Virus record (IMG/VR): IMGVR_UViG_3300017917_001839 | Span: 1-64,000 of that record | Direction: 5' to 3' (one strand) | From: a virus | Length of the DNA: 64,000 bases | Shown: positions 27,756 to 36,749 of the stretch, piece by piece | How the letters are laid out: each line of letters begins with the position of its first letter | Position numbering within the stretch: the stretch's first letter is position 1 | The notes under the pieces: generated by a model | The model's input: the letters and a program-made list of their open reading frames with translations, nothing else | Databases searched by the model: none | Told to the model about the DNA's origin: nothing | Translations under genes and position numbers: made by a program

Positions 27756-27805
27756 GCTAAGTCTTTGATTTATATAGAGATTCGCTAAGTTATTGATTTA
27801 TATAG
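27756..27805 (+). repeat. tandem direct repeat of an IHF-consensus element
   Basis: GCTAAGTCTTTGATTTATATAG (27756-27777) and GCTAAGTTATTGATTTATATAG (27784-27805). Confidence 0.75.
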
Positions 27806-27841
27806 GTTTTTTTCTGTTGTAAAAACGCCACATTTTAGTGG

Positions 27842-27895
27842 TTGACCTTTTTCCTAAAGATGCTATACTACATATGTAGGATGAGAAATAAGGAG
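27842..27895 (+). promoter_or_regulatory. early promoter/leader cassette, copy 2
   Basis: TTGACC-16bp-TATACT, then ACATATGTAGGATGAGAAATAAGGAG. Confidence 0.8.
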
Positions 27896-27901
27896 CGTTA
27901 A

Positions 27902-28066
27902 ATGACTGCTTTTGTTGCTCGCAATCACAACGGTACGCTAATTGGCTGGAACGTTGACCTCGGAAACCTAATGGAAGAAGCTATGGTTTACGAGGAAGTT
28001 ACCGGAAATAAAGTATACATTAACGAGGAAACTTTCGCGGAAAAACCCGAAAGAAATCGTCGATAA
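27902..28066 (+). CDS. 54-aa early hypothetical protein
   Basis: Hand translation MTAFVARNHNGTLIGW...RNRR; has its own promoter and AAGGAG RBS. Confidence 0.75.
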   Translation: MTAFVARNHNGTLIGWNVDLGNLMEEAMVYEEVTGNKVYINEETFAEKPERNRR

Positions 28067-28071
28067 ACCGG

Positions 28072-28125
28072 TTGACAACAGACCAAAATTTGCTATAATG
28101 TATATGTAGGATGAGAAATAAGGAG
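28072..28125 (+). promoter_or_regulatory. early promoter/leader cassette, copy 3
   Basis: TTGACA-16bp-TATAAT, then GTATATGTAGGATGAGAAATAAGGAG. Confidence 0.8.
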
Positions 28126-28131
28126 TTTGAA

Positions 28132-28479
28132 ATGACTGTTGCAGTTTCCCCCGAAATGGTTCCCCAGATTGTTGCAGAAGCAGAGCAGGCTGCTAAGGCC
28201 GCTGCCGCTAAGTTCTTCCAAGAGCGTTTGGGCGGTAAGGATCAGTATGCTTGTGGCTTTGCCTGGGTTGAGATTTTTAATGTTAAGGGTAACACCAAGC
28301 TGGGCAAGGCGCTTGCCGCTCAGGGCATTCGCAAGAGCTACAGCGGTGGCTTGCAGATGTGGAACCCCAGCAAGATGATGGTACAGAACGTAGATACGCT
28401 GGAGGCTGGTGCAGATGCTGCCGCGGCAGTGTTCAAGAAGTACGGCTTTACCGCTTACGCTGGTTCGCGTTTGGATTAA
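28132..28479 (+). CDS. phage hypothetical protein
   Basis: Start at 28132 after AAGGAG; CGFAWV...AYAGSRLD motif. Confidence 0.75.
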   Translation: MTVAVSPEMVPQIVAEAEQAAKAAAAKFFQERLGGKDQYACGFAWVEIFNVKGNTKLGKALAAQGIRKSYSGGLQMWNPSKMMVQNVDTLEAGADAAAAVFKKYGFTAYAGSRLD

Positions 28480-28489
28480 GGAGATGAGC

Positions 28490-28585
28490 ATGAACTTTAT
28501 AACTAAAGATGTGCTAAAGATGGTTGCGTATGTTTTTGCGGCGTATGCGATTCCGTTGACACTTTATTGGGTCTTTGTGGGGTGA
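28490..28585 (+). CDS. 31-aa hydrophobic microprotein
   Basis: MNFITKDVLKMVAYVFAAYAIPLTLYWVFVG; preceded by TAAGGAG. Confidence 0.55.
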   Translation: MNFITKDVLKMVAYVFAAYAIPLTLYWVFVG

Positions 28586-28587
28586 AG

Positions 28588-28812
28588 ATGAAACGAACTT
28601 CAAACAAATTTGCGCGAATTAGTTTCTACGGAGACTTGGTAGTCCCGCTGAATCTACTAGAAGACTTTCTAGAAGAGTGCTATTCAGTCTCTACTGAATA
28701 CAAGGACGGTGACTACGTAATCACTAAGGCAAAGAAGCTTAATAACTTCGCTGTACATGAGCGCGAAGAGATTGAAGTTGGGCTATCGCAGGCCGCACTG
28801 GAAAAAAATTAA
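28588..28812 (+). CDS. hypothetical protein
   Basis: ATG at 28588 within ORF-track frame 28567..28812. Confidence 0.55.
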   Translation: MKRTSNKFARISFYGDLVVPLNLLEDFLEECYSVSTEYKDGDYVITKAKKLNNFAVHEREEIEVGLSQAALEKN

Positions 28813-28821
28813 AAATACCGG

Positions 28822-28883
28822 TTGACAAAGTTTAGCAATATGCTATTATAACAGCATAGAGTTTGTTTTTAAGGAGTGATGTA
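28822..28883 (+). promoter_or_regulatory. promoter and RBS of the AAA ATPase gene
   Basis: TTGACA(28822-28827)-16bp-TATTAT; RBS AGGAGTGATGTA(28872-28883). Confidence 0.7.
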
Positions 28884-28885
28884 AA

Positions 28886-29992
28886 ATGGATACTTTGAGT
28901 GTTAAGCCGTCCCAGGTGTCAACTATTGCACTGCGGGCAATGATGGCTAATCGTCCCTTGTTTATCTGGGGGCCTCCGGGTATTGGTAAGAGTGAACTTG
29001 TGCAGGGTATTGCAGACAGCGGTGCCCTCGGTAGTACGCTAGTTATTGACTTGCGTCTTGCTCTGCTTGAACCCACCGACTTGCGTGGTTACCCCTTCCG
29101 GAACCCAGAGACCAATACAATGGATTGGTCACCTCCGCAGGATCTCCCCAGCGAAGCAGTTGCGGCTCAGTACGATACTGTTATCCTGTTCCTAGACGAG
29201 CTTAATAGTGCTCCTCCTAGTGTGCAGGCGGCGGCTTATCAGCTGGTACTTAACCGTCGCATCGGTCAGTATGTTCTTCCTAAGAACGTTAAGATTGTTG
29301 CCGCAGGTAACCGCGAAACTGACCGCGGTGTTACGTTCCGTATGCCGGCTCCGCTGGCTAACCGCTTCCGTCACATTAACATGGCAGTAGACTTTGGCGA
29401 CTGGCAGCGTTGGGCTATCAACAACGAAATCCATCCAGACGTTATTGGTTACCTTTCCTACGCCAAGCAGGACTTGTTCGACTTTGATCCTAAGACTAGT
29501 TCACAAGCGTTCGCTACTCCGCGTTCGTGGTCATATGTTAGCGAAATCCTGTTTACTCCGGGCTTCGAAACTGTAGACACGTTTGAACAGAAGGCAGAAG
29601 TTGCCGGTGCTGTTGGCGAGGGTATGGCAGGTAAGTTTGTTGAGCATCGTCGAATTGCTAGCCACTTGCCCAAGCCGGAAGATGTTCTTGCTGGCAAGGT
29701 GAAGAAGCTGGATAACAAGCTCAACCAGGAAATTTCCGCCAAGTACAGTCTGGTTGTTGGTCTTACGTATGAGATCAATCAGATGTACAAGGAGAACGGT
29801 ACCAAGGGTCCGTTTAAGGATTCATTCAACAATGCTGTACGTTTTGCTTACGATAACTTTGAAGCAGAAATGGTTATCTTGTTCTTCAAGACTATCATGA
29901 CCGACTACGGTATCAAGTTTAACATCCGCACCGATCTTGAGCAGGATCTGTACAAGGTGTTCAGCGAGCGGTATACCAAGTACTTGGTATAA
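28886..29992 (+). CDS. MoxR-like AAA+ ATPase
   Basis: Walker A GPPGIGKS, Walker B LFLDELN, AAGN sensor, LANRF arginine finger, TPRSW. Confidence 0.9.
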   Translation: MDTLSVKPSQVSTIALRAMMANRPLFIWGPPGIGKSELVQGIADSGALGSTLVIDLRLALLEPTDLRGYPFRNPETNTMDWSPPQDLPSEAVAAQYDTVILFLDELNSAPPSVQAAAYQLVLNRRIGQYVLPKNVKIVAAGNRETDRGVTFRMPAPLANRFRHINMAVDFGDWQRWAINNEIHPDVIGYLSYAKQDLFDFDPKTSSQAFATPRSWSYVSEILFTPGFETVDTFEQKAEVAGAVGEGMAGKFVEHRRIASHLPKPEDVLAGKVKKLDNKLNQEISAKYSLVVGLTYEINQMYKENGTKGPFKDSFNNAVRFAYDNFEAEMVILFFKTIMTDYGIKFNIRTDLEQDLYKVFSERYTKYLV

Positions 29993-29997
29993 GTTCA

Positions 29998-30070
29998 GAA
30001 AAGCGCCACATCCTACATCACTCCTGTGGCGCTTTTCGAGTCCCTCTACTGCAAAGTAGGGGGACTTTTT
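29998..30070 (+). ncRNA. candidate 3'-UTR-derived anti-RBS small RNA plus intrinsic terminator
   Basis: Perfect 13-bp stem (29998-30010/30025-30037) with loop TCCTACATCACTCC complementary to several phage leaders; then a GCAA-tetraloop terminator (30039-30066) and T run. Confidence 0.6.
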
Positions 30071-30076
30071 ATTTGC

Positions 30077-30146
30077 TAAACTGTTGATTTACTGTGGGTT
30101 TTTTGCCACATTTACCAGTTGACATTACCCTGTTTTCGTGTATAAT
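30077..30146 (+). promoter_or_regulatory. IHF-consensus site plus sigma70 promoter
   Basis: TAAACTGTTGATT(30077-30089); TTGACA(30119-30124)-16bp-TATAAT(30141-30146). Confidence 0.75.
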
Positions 30147-30171
30147 ATAAGTATAGTGAAAGGATGGATAT

Positions 30172-31464
30172 ATGAGCACCAGTACTGATAAGCGAGCTTC
30201 TAAAACACTTCGACCCATTCCGGAGACTAAGAAGACGTCCGCGCAAATTGAAGATGTTCTAATTCGCGCTCGCGTTAATATGCTAATTAACGCACCATTC
30301 TTTGGTAACTTGGCTACACGGCTTCGCTTTAAGGATGCTACAGAATGGTGTCCTACTGCCGCTACAGATGGACGTTACTTCTACTACAATCGAAACTTTA
30401 TCGATGCTCTAGGCGACGGTGAAGTTGTGTTCCTGATGGGACACGAAGTTCTCCACTGTGTTTACGACCACATGGATAAGTCGCGTTTGGGAAGTCGCGA
30501 TCCGCGTCTTGCTAATATTGCGCAGGACTTTGTTATTAACGGCGATCTTATTGAAGCTCAGATTGGTGAGAAGATTAAGATTGTTGATATCTGTTTTGAT
30601 TACAAGTACCGCGGTAAGTTTTGGGAAGAAATTTACGACGACTTGTTTGCCCAAGCCGAAAAGGATGGTCGCGTAATTAACTTGGATACGTTTGATATCC
30701 ACTTGGATCGCGATGACGATGGCGATGACGATGGCTCCGGTGACGGCGAAGGTGACGACAAGAATGACGGCACTAAGGGTCCTGTTCGTTACAGCAAGGA
30801 AGAGAAGCAACGCATTAAGGAAGAATTCCAGAATGCTGTTATGCAAAGTGCTAAGGTATCAGGCGGTGCTGGTAACTTGCCTGGTGGTGTTAAGCGCCTA
30901 ATTAATAAGTTGCTCAACCCACAGTTGAGCTGGCGCGAGCTGTTGCCAATGCAGATCCAGAGCGTTATTAAGAGTGACTATACTTATATGCGTCCTAGCC
31001 GTAAGGGACTAGACGCTGGCTTCTACTTGCCTGGTATGGATCGGGAGCAGACAATTGATGTTGCTATTGCACTAGACTTGTCTGGCTCAATCAGCGATGA
31101 GATGTCCACAGACTTCCTTAGCGAAATCCACGGCATCATGAGTCAGTACAATGACTTTAACATTCACTTGTTCTGCTTTGATACTAGTGTGCATAACCCA
31201 GTTAAGATTACCGCAGACACTGCAAATGACTTGCTTACTTATGAGCTTGTTGGTGGTGGCGGTACTGACTTTGACTGTTGCTTCAACTATATGAAGGAAG
31301 AAGGTATCGTTCCTAAGAAGTTCATCATGTTTACAGATGGATATCCATGGGGTTCATGGGGCGACGAAACTTACTGCGATACGCTGTTTATTGTACACGG
31401 TGGTAAGGGTGACCAAGTTCCAACTTCACCGTTTGGTATTACTGTACCTTACAGTAGGGATTAA
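30172..31464 (+). CDS. DUF2201-type metallopeptidase-vWA protein (MoxR partner)
   Basis: TAATDG, HEVLH (HExxH), acidic linker, MIDAS DLSGS, GGGGTDF, FTDG. Confidence 0.88.
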   Translation: MSTSTDKRASKTLRPIPETKKTSAQIEDVLIRARVNMLINAPFFGNLATRLRFKDATEWCPTAATDGRYFYYNRNFIDALGDGEVVFLMGHEVLHCVYDHMDKSRLGSRDPRLANIAQDFVINGDLIEAQIGEKIKIVDICFDYKYRGKFWEEIYDDLFAQAEKDGRVINLDTFDIHLDRDDDGDDDGSGDGEGDDKNDGTKGPVRYSKEEKQRIKEEFQNAVMQSAKVSGGAGNLPGGVKRLINKLLNPQLSWRELLPMQIQSVIKSDYTYMRPSRKGLDAGFYLPGMDREQTIDVAIALDLSGSISDEMSTDFLSEIHGIMSQYNDFNIHLFCFDTSVHNPVKITADTANDLLTYELVGGGGTDFDCCFNYMKEEGIVPKKFIMFTDGYPWGSWGDETYCDTLFIVHGGKGDQVPTSPFGITVPYSRD

Positions 31465-31470
31465 TTAGAG

Positions 31471-31740
31471 GTGGTTATTATGGATTCGAGACAACTAGAC
31501 CAAGTTGAGTTTGAGCTACTCAAGGGTACCGAAACTATGGTTAATATGATCAAGAATCGTAAACATGTTATCGGTATCTCGTCAGACTTATTTGACGAAT
31601 TGCTAGACTACTTAGATGTTAACGCTGAACGTTTGTACTATGTTCGCAGTCTGGGCAATAAGAATACAATCTACTTTGAGAGCCCAATTGACAAAGAAAA
31701 TGTAACTCAATTGTTGCGCCAATATTCCGGCGAAGAATAA
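31471..31740 (+). CDS. hypothetical protein
   Basis: ORF after vWA gene. Confidence 0.55.
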   Translation: MVIMDSRQLDQVEFELLKGTETMVNMIKNRKHVIGISSDLFDELLDYLDVNAERLYYVRSLGNKNTIYFESPIDKENVTQLLRQYSGEE

Positions 31741-31788
31741 AATCATTCGTTAAATACTATTATAATTTGAACATCAAAGGAGTTTAAT

Positions 31789-32046
31789 ATGGCAAAGAAC
31801 AAAGTTCAAGAAAAAGTAACTGCTGAAGCAGAAACCACTGCTACACCAGAATCAATTAGTCTACAGGACCTACAAGTACTGCTACAGATTGTTGATCTAG
31901 CAAGTTCACGTGGTGCTTTCCGCGGTGCAGAACTTACACAGGTAGGCGCTATTTTTGATAAGCTCAATGCATTCCTATCATTCATTGCGGCCCAGCAACA
32001 GGCTGCTAAGGAATCAGCTGAGCAAAGTGCAGAATCTGCCGAATAA
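31789..32046 (+). CDS. phage hypothetical protein
   Basis: IVDLASSRGAFRGAEL motif; AAGGAG RBS. Confidence 0.7.
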   Translation: MAKNKVQEKVTAEAETTATPESISLQDLQVLLQIVDLASSRGAFRGAELTQVGAIFDKLNAFLSFIAAQQQAAKESAEQSAESAE

Positions 32047-32057
32047 GAGGATACTTT

Positions 32058-32669
32058 ATGGCTACATTAATGAAACACGTTGGTAAGTTTGGAGAAAAAC
32101 CTTGTGTGGTTGTCTTCCGCGAACTTCCCGGCGAACAAGAGTACTGTTTGATTGTTCAAACAGACAACCTAGATAGTAGACAGCACGATGACCTAATGAA
32201 TGTTATTCAAAGTGCTGAAGCTCAAACATCTAATGATATTAGTCAAGTGCTACATCGTAGACAGTTCACTGACGGAAGTAACATGCTTAGTACACTACAC
32301 TATGCAAAAAAGCTTCAGAAGGTACCTGTTAGCCATGTAAGTCTAACACCTATCCCAGGTCAAAGTATTCCACTAGCAGATGTAAATGTAGAAATTCGCA
32401 AGATTGATGGTGGCTATGTACCACCAAAGACCGAGCAACCTACCGAGCAAGTACGAGTTACAACAAAGGAAGTCGAAGGCACACTAGCCAACGAAGCCGA
32501 AGACACCAGCGAAAGTGGTGTAGCAAAAAATCTTCTTGCACAGGCTCAGCTTATGGAAGATGATGCTAAACAACTACTAGCAGAAGCAGAAGCAAAGAAA
32601 GCTGAAGCCTACAAGCTAGATCCAACGTTGCGTGGCCCAGGCAGGCCAAAGAAGGCTAAAACAAACTAA
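32058..32669 (+). CDS. phage hypothetical protein with coiled-coil C-terminus
   Basis: MKHVG...VVFRELPGE...; GAGG RBS. Confidence 0.7.
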   Translation: MATLMKHVGKFGEKPCVVVFRELPGEQEYCLIVQTDNLDSRQHDDLMNVIQSAEAQTSNDISQVLHRRQFTDGSNMLSTLHYAKKLQKVPVSHVSLTPIPGQSIPLADVNVEIRKIDGGYVPPKTEQPTEQVRVTTKEVEGTLANEAEDTSESGVAKNLLAQAQLMEDDAKQLLAEAEAKKAEAYKLDPTLRGPGRPKKAKTN

Positions 32670-32681
32670 AAGGAGTCCTTT

Positions 32682-33014
32682 GTGTCTCATGTACCACGTG
32701 TGGTACTGTTGGGAAAAAACTCTGGTTCTAACACAGAAAAAACACAAAAGATCCTTTCAAGTATAGACCCATCTGAAATACCTGGCGAGTTTTTGTATTC
32801 TGTATTCGTAACTTCTACCAACGGTACTAGATACCAATTAGATAAAAAAATTATAAAAAGAGGCATTAGCTACAAACACATAGACGAAAGCATTCGAAAA
32901 CTAAACATTAAAGAACCAATTGATGTTATTGAGATTGTGATCGATTTAAGTAAAGTTCAATCAAAACTAGATGAACAAAGCGCAGAATATTTGAATAAGT
33001 TCTTTGATAATTAA
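32682..33014 (+). CDS. hypothetical protein
   Basis: GTG start after AAGGAG. Confidence 0.6.
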   Translation: MSHVPRVVLLGKNSGSNTEKTQKILSSIDPSEIPGEFLYSVFVTSTNGTRYQLDKKIIKRGISYKHIDESIRKLNIKEPIDVIEIVIDLSKVQSKLDEQSAEYLNKFFDN

Positions 33015-33022
33015 ACCCTTAT

Positions 33023-33049
33023 AAGGTGCCTCCGGGCACCTTTTTTTTT
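33023..33049 (+). terminator. intrinsic terminator
   Basis: AAGGTGCC-TCCG-GGCACCTT then T run. Confidence 0.85.
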
Positions 33050-33093
33050 GGTTTAATACTTGACAAAAACCTTGTTTGTGTTATACTAATAAT

Positions 33094-33534
33094 ATGAGCT
33101 ATTACCTTTTCCTAGACGATGAGCGTAACCCAAATCAAGTTACTTGGGTAAACATTCCACGTGACCGCATATACGAAGTTGTTCGCAACTACGACCAATT
33201 TGTACAGCATGTTACACAAAAAGGTTTACCTGCTTACGTTACATTCGATCATGATCTAGCTGATGCACATTATGCAGCCATGCTAAAGGAAAACCAATCC
33301 GCTGATAACAAGTTTACAATTTGGATGCCTGGAGACGATGATAATGTAGGAATGAATATCACTGTTGACTATGGTCCTGAAAAGACCGGATACGATTGTG
33401 CTAAGTGGCTTGTTGACTATTGTGCAGATAACGGACTTAAGTTTCCTGCTTATGCTGTGCATTCGCTCAACCCAATTGGTGGCAAGCGCATCAACGATTA
33501 TATCATTAACGCAAAACAACACTTGGATATCTAA
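33094..33534 (+). CDS. cyclic-phosphate-processing receiver-domain protein
   Basis: LFLDDERNP, FDHDL, GYDCAKWL, HSLNPIG; promoter TTGACA(33060)-16bp-TATACT(33082). Confidence 0.75.
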   Translation: MSYYLFLDDERNPNQVTWVNIPRDRIYEVVRNYDQFVQHVTQKGLPAYVTFDHDLADAHYAAMLKENQSADNKFTIWMPGDDDNVGMNITVDYGPEKTGYDCAKWLVDYCADNGLKFPAYAVHSLNPIGGKRINDYIINAKQHLDI

Positions 33535-36060
33535 ATGCGAACACAAGCTGTAATTCTTAGTTCTGTTCTTCTTACTGCATGCGCAGGAGGTGGAGGTACA
33601 GTTAACACTAATTCGTCTGTTACTGTTCCACCGGTGGCAGCGCCTACTTCTGCACCTGCCCCAGTTGAAACCGATAATAGGATTAAGTTTGAACCTATTA
33701 CATTTAAAGAAACCCTAGCCAAGTACGGCGATACTGAAGTAACATATTCTGTTAGTTCTTTTCAGCCTAGCACAAATTTTGATCGTACTGACAAATACAA
33801 GATCGCCGATTTTGGTTTCTTTACTGCTACTGTAAAAGGAAAGCATACAGGTGCGTTTGAAGATCCAAACGAACCAATCCGTGCAGGTGTCTGGGAACCT
33901 AGTTATCAAATTTACGAAGCTGATATTAACGGCGACGGACACAAAGACTTTTATGCTGTAGAGTATATTCAAGGTGCTCGCGATGATGCACCAAAGTCTA
34001 GACTGCTACCATTTATCAATGACGGTAAAGGTCACTTTAAACTGTCACCAGAATCATTTGCAGATGGCAAGTTTGGTTGCATTGCATCGGGTAATCAATT
34101 AGGTAGTGCAGACATTAACAACCAATGTGGTTACTACAAGAGTCTAATCCGACATCCAGTTGTAGCTGATCTAGACGGTGACGGTCGTTCTGATTTCTTT
34201 TGGCCTACGCTGTTATATCTTAGCAAAGGTGGCGCACTACAAAATGCCAGCAATACACTGCCTACAGAATTCTTTAAACAGCCGCATATTGGTCCTACGT
34301 TTGTACACGACCTAGCCAGCGGTGATGTTGACGGCAATAAAAGCATCGATATCTTTGTTCCACTGTTTGGTACTACCAAGGCTGGCTACAAGTTAGATGG
34401 TTCAAAAGATCCGTGTAGTATTTGCAATCAGCCATTGCCATGGGTAATGCTATTAAACGACGGCAAGGGAAACTTTACAACAAATACTAATTTCCCAACT
34501 ATGCCAATCCTACAACAAAACCAATCCATTAATCTTTGGGCGTCTACCGCTACTATTGCAGATTTTGACGGTGATGGTAAAGGCGATGTTGCAGTGGGTT
34601 GGGCCAATCCCGGTAATGCAGAACACTTTGGCTATGTTAAAAACAGCGCCGGTATGGTATACTACAATGACGGCAAAAATGATTGGCGTGTACGTAAACC
34701 CAGTGAGCTACCTGCTAACTGGTATGGCGCTAATGGTCGTGCCAACGATATTGTAGCAATTGACTTTGACGGCGACGGTAAGATCGATATTGCATTAGCC
34801 AGCACACAAAGCAATCCATACTACGTAGGGCGTATGGTGCAAATCTTTAAAAACGTTAACGGCACTTCGTTTGTTGATGTAACCAAAGATGTTAATAACA
34901 ACACCAAATACGAACTTGGCAATGGTACGCCATGGTGGAATGGCGAAGGTCTACTTACTGTAGTAGACTTTAACAAGGACGGTAAGCCTGACATTGTTGA
35001 CAGTAACTATAACACCTACGTGCTAATTAACGAAGGTGGTAAGTTCAAGCTCGTTGACAACTTTCCCAAAGTTGGAGGCGGTCCAAAGGGACAAGCACAC
35101 GGCGCTCTTTATCCTGTAGAGATTGACGGCAAATGGGACTACGACTTTATTGCGTATAAGTTTGATGAAGGCACTGATACTGGTACTGCTACAATGTACC
35201 AAGTACTAGATCCGCCAGCGGGTACTGTTCCTGGTTTGTATGATATTATGCTTGACGACTTTACTCGTAAGCCATCAACATACACAACAATGGCAGCACT
35301 GGCTAATCGTGCGTATACAGACTTGTTCTACTACAGTCGCTGGAATACTAATAACGCTCGTGTGTTTAGCACATACAATAATGGTGTAACCACAGTAGGT
35401 GGTACATTTGGAGGCCGGGACGCAGGACTTACTGTGCTAAACGCTAAGTCATCAAACGTATCTCCTACAAGCGTATTTACTGGTGATACTGATGCTATTG
35501 GCTTTTATGCTAATCGTGGTAAACTGTTTACAATGTTTGGTTATAGTCATAGCAAACTAGCTGGTAGTATCGATTCTGAGTTCTTTGGTACTGCTCGTAG
35601 TAACACCACTGCTGATACATTTGGTGCAGAACTATCCTATAAGGATGAACTAGGTAAGTTTAGCTACAGCATTGGTTCACGCTATAACAGCACTGTGGTA
35701 AAGGGCTTCCTTGAACAAGGCGCGGATGTTAATTTGCGTGTAGCCGATCAGCATTACAATTCAGCTAACCTTGTTGCTACGCTTGGTTATTTTGATTGGA
35801 TTACTTACAAGGGTACACGATTCTTTTATGGTGCTGATGTAGAATACTTGCGCTACTTTTACTCAAGCGGCAATGATGTGCGTGTATCCACAGGCGGAAC
35901 ATTTACATCAGTTAAAGGTGTTAATCGTTTAAATAAGGATGGTGCCGCAGTATCGCTTAACGCAGGTGCATGGTTGAACCCAAATACAAACGTACTGCTA
36001 TCAGTTACTAATGCTACAAAGGATCCATCCTATACAGTAGCACTAGGCTACCGTTTTTAA
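33535..36060 (+). CDS. lipoprotein with FG-GAP/VCBS repeats and C-terminal autotransporter-like beta-barrel
   Basis: Lipobox LLTAC; about six D-x-D/N-G/K-D-G-x-x-D repeats; amphipathic C-terminal ~260 aa ending LGYRF. Confidence 0.7.
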   Translation: MRTQAVILSSVLLTACAGGGGTVNTNSSVTVPPVAAPTSAPAPVETDNRIKFEPITFKETLAKYGDTEVTYSVSSFQPSTNFDRTDKYKIADFGFFTATVKGKHTGAFEDPNEPIRAGVWEPSYQIYEADINGDGHKDFYAVEYIQGARDDAPKSRLLPFINDGKGHFKLSPESFADGKFGCIASGNQLGSADINNQCGYYKSLIRHPVVADLDGDGRSDFFWPTLLYLSKGGALQNASNTLPTEFFKQPHIGPTFVHDLASGDVDGNKSIDIFVPLFGTTKAGYKLDGSKDPCSICNQPLPWVMLLNDGKGNFTTNTNFPTMPILQQNQSINLWASTATIADFDGDGKGDVAVGWANPGNAEHFGYVKNSAGMVYYNDGKNDWRVRKPSELPANWYGANGRANDIVAIDFDGDGKIDIALASTQSNPYYVGRMVQIFKNVNGTSFVDVTKDVNNNTKYELGNGTPWWNGEGLLTVVDFNKDGKPDIVDSNYNTYVLINEGGKFKLVDNFPKVGGGPKGQAHGALYPVEIDGKWDYDFIAYKFDEGTDTGTATMYQVLDPPAGTVPGLYDIMLDDFTRKPSTYTTMAALANRAYTDLFYYSRWNTNNARVFSTYNNGVTTVGGTFGGRDAGLTVLNAKSSNVSPTSVFTGDTDAIGFYANRGKLFTMFGYSHSKLAGSIDSEFFGTARSNTTADTFGAELSYKDELGKFSYSIGSRYNSTVVKGFLEQGADVNLRVADQHYNSANLVATLGYFDWITYKGTRFFYGADVEYLRYFYSSGNDVRVSTGGTFTSVKGVNRLNKDGAAVSLNAGAWLNPNTNVLLSVTNATKDPSYTVALGYRF

Positions 36061-36749
36061 CGATAACCAATCTGCATAAATCTTGTGTACGCAGGTGTTC
36101 GCATAATGCCTGCGTACATTCTTTTATGCATAGGATACTTGCTAAACATTTCTTCAATGCTCTTGCAAGTGTTGATATGACCCATATAGCCTTCGCTGTC
36201 GTTGGTCTGCATAGCAATTAGTTGGCTGCTATCAGCTGTTTCAAACCAATGTGTGTCCATGTGTTCGCAACTGGTATTGATAACAATATCAGGTGTAGTT
36301 TGGATCAACTCTCCACCAGTTTCAAATAACATGTTGCTGGTGCATAGTGTGCTTGCATCAGCAACAACACCTTTAAACTTCCAACCATCTTGTACATAAC
36401 GCTGATTGAAACGTTCAGCTAAGTTGATAGCATCTGGACTAACATCAATACCGTATACACGTTCAATGTCTGCGATATTAAACAAGGGCTGTACAATGCT
36501 GCCTACCCAACAACCCAGTAGTGCTACAGTATATGTTTTGTTATACTCACTGGCTTTGAATAGCTTTTCCAGCAACCAGCTCTTACTGGCTAGCTGTCCT
36601 TTGCTGAATGCATCTCTAGGATAGCCACCATAGATGGCACGTTCGAAATAGCTGGGAGGCATAGCAACAAAACTGCTTTCGCTGTCAATGTATGCTTCCA
36701 CCTTTGCCCAGGTATTAATGTTGATTGTATCTATCTCGCAGCCACTCAT
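36057..36749 (-). CDS. class I SAM-dependent methyltransferase-like protein
   Basis: LLGCWVG, GIDVS, VADA, IVINTSCEHM. Confidence 0.65.
   Translation of the reverse strand: MSGCEIDTININTWAKVEAYIDSESSFVAMPPSYFERAIYGGYPRDAFSKGQLASKSWLLEKLFKASEYNKTYTVALLGCWVGSIVQPLFNIADIERVYGIDVSPDAINLAERFNQRYVQDGWKFKGVVADASTLCTSNMLFETGGELIQTTPDIVINTSCEHMDTHWFETADSSQLIAMQTNDSEGYMGHINTCKSIEEMFSKYPMHKRMYAGIMRTPAYTRFMQIGYR

Noticed and set aside
27756-27805. IHF-like repeats as a prophage attachment site
   Set aside because: No integrase, tRNA or host-gene boundary; the same motif recurs at promoters
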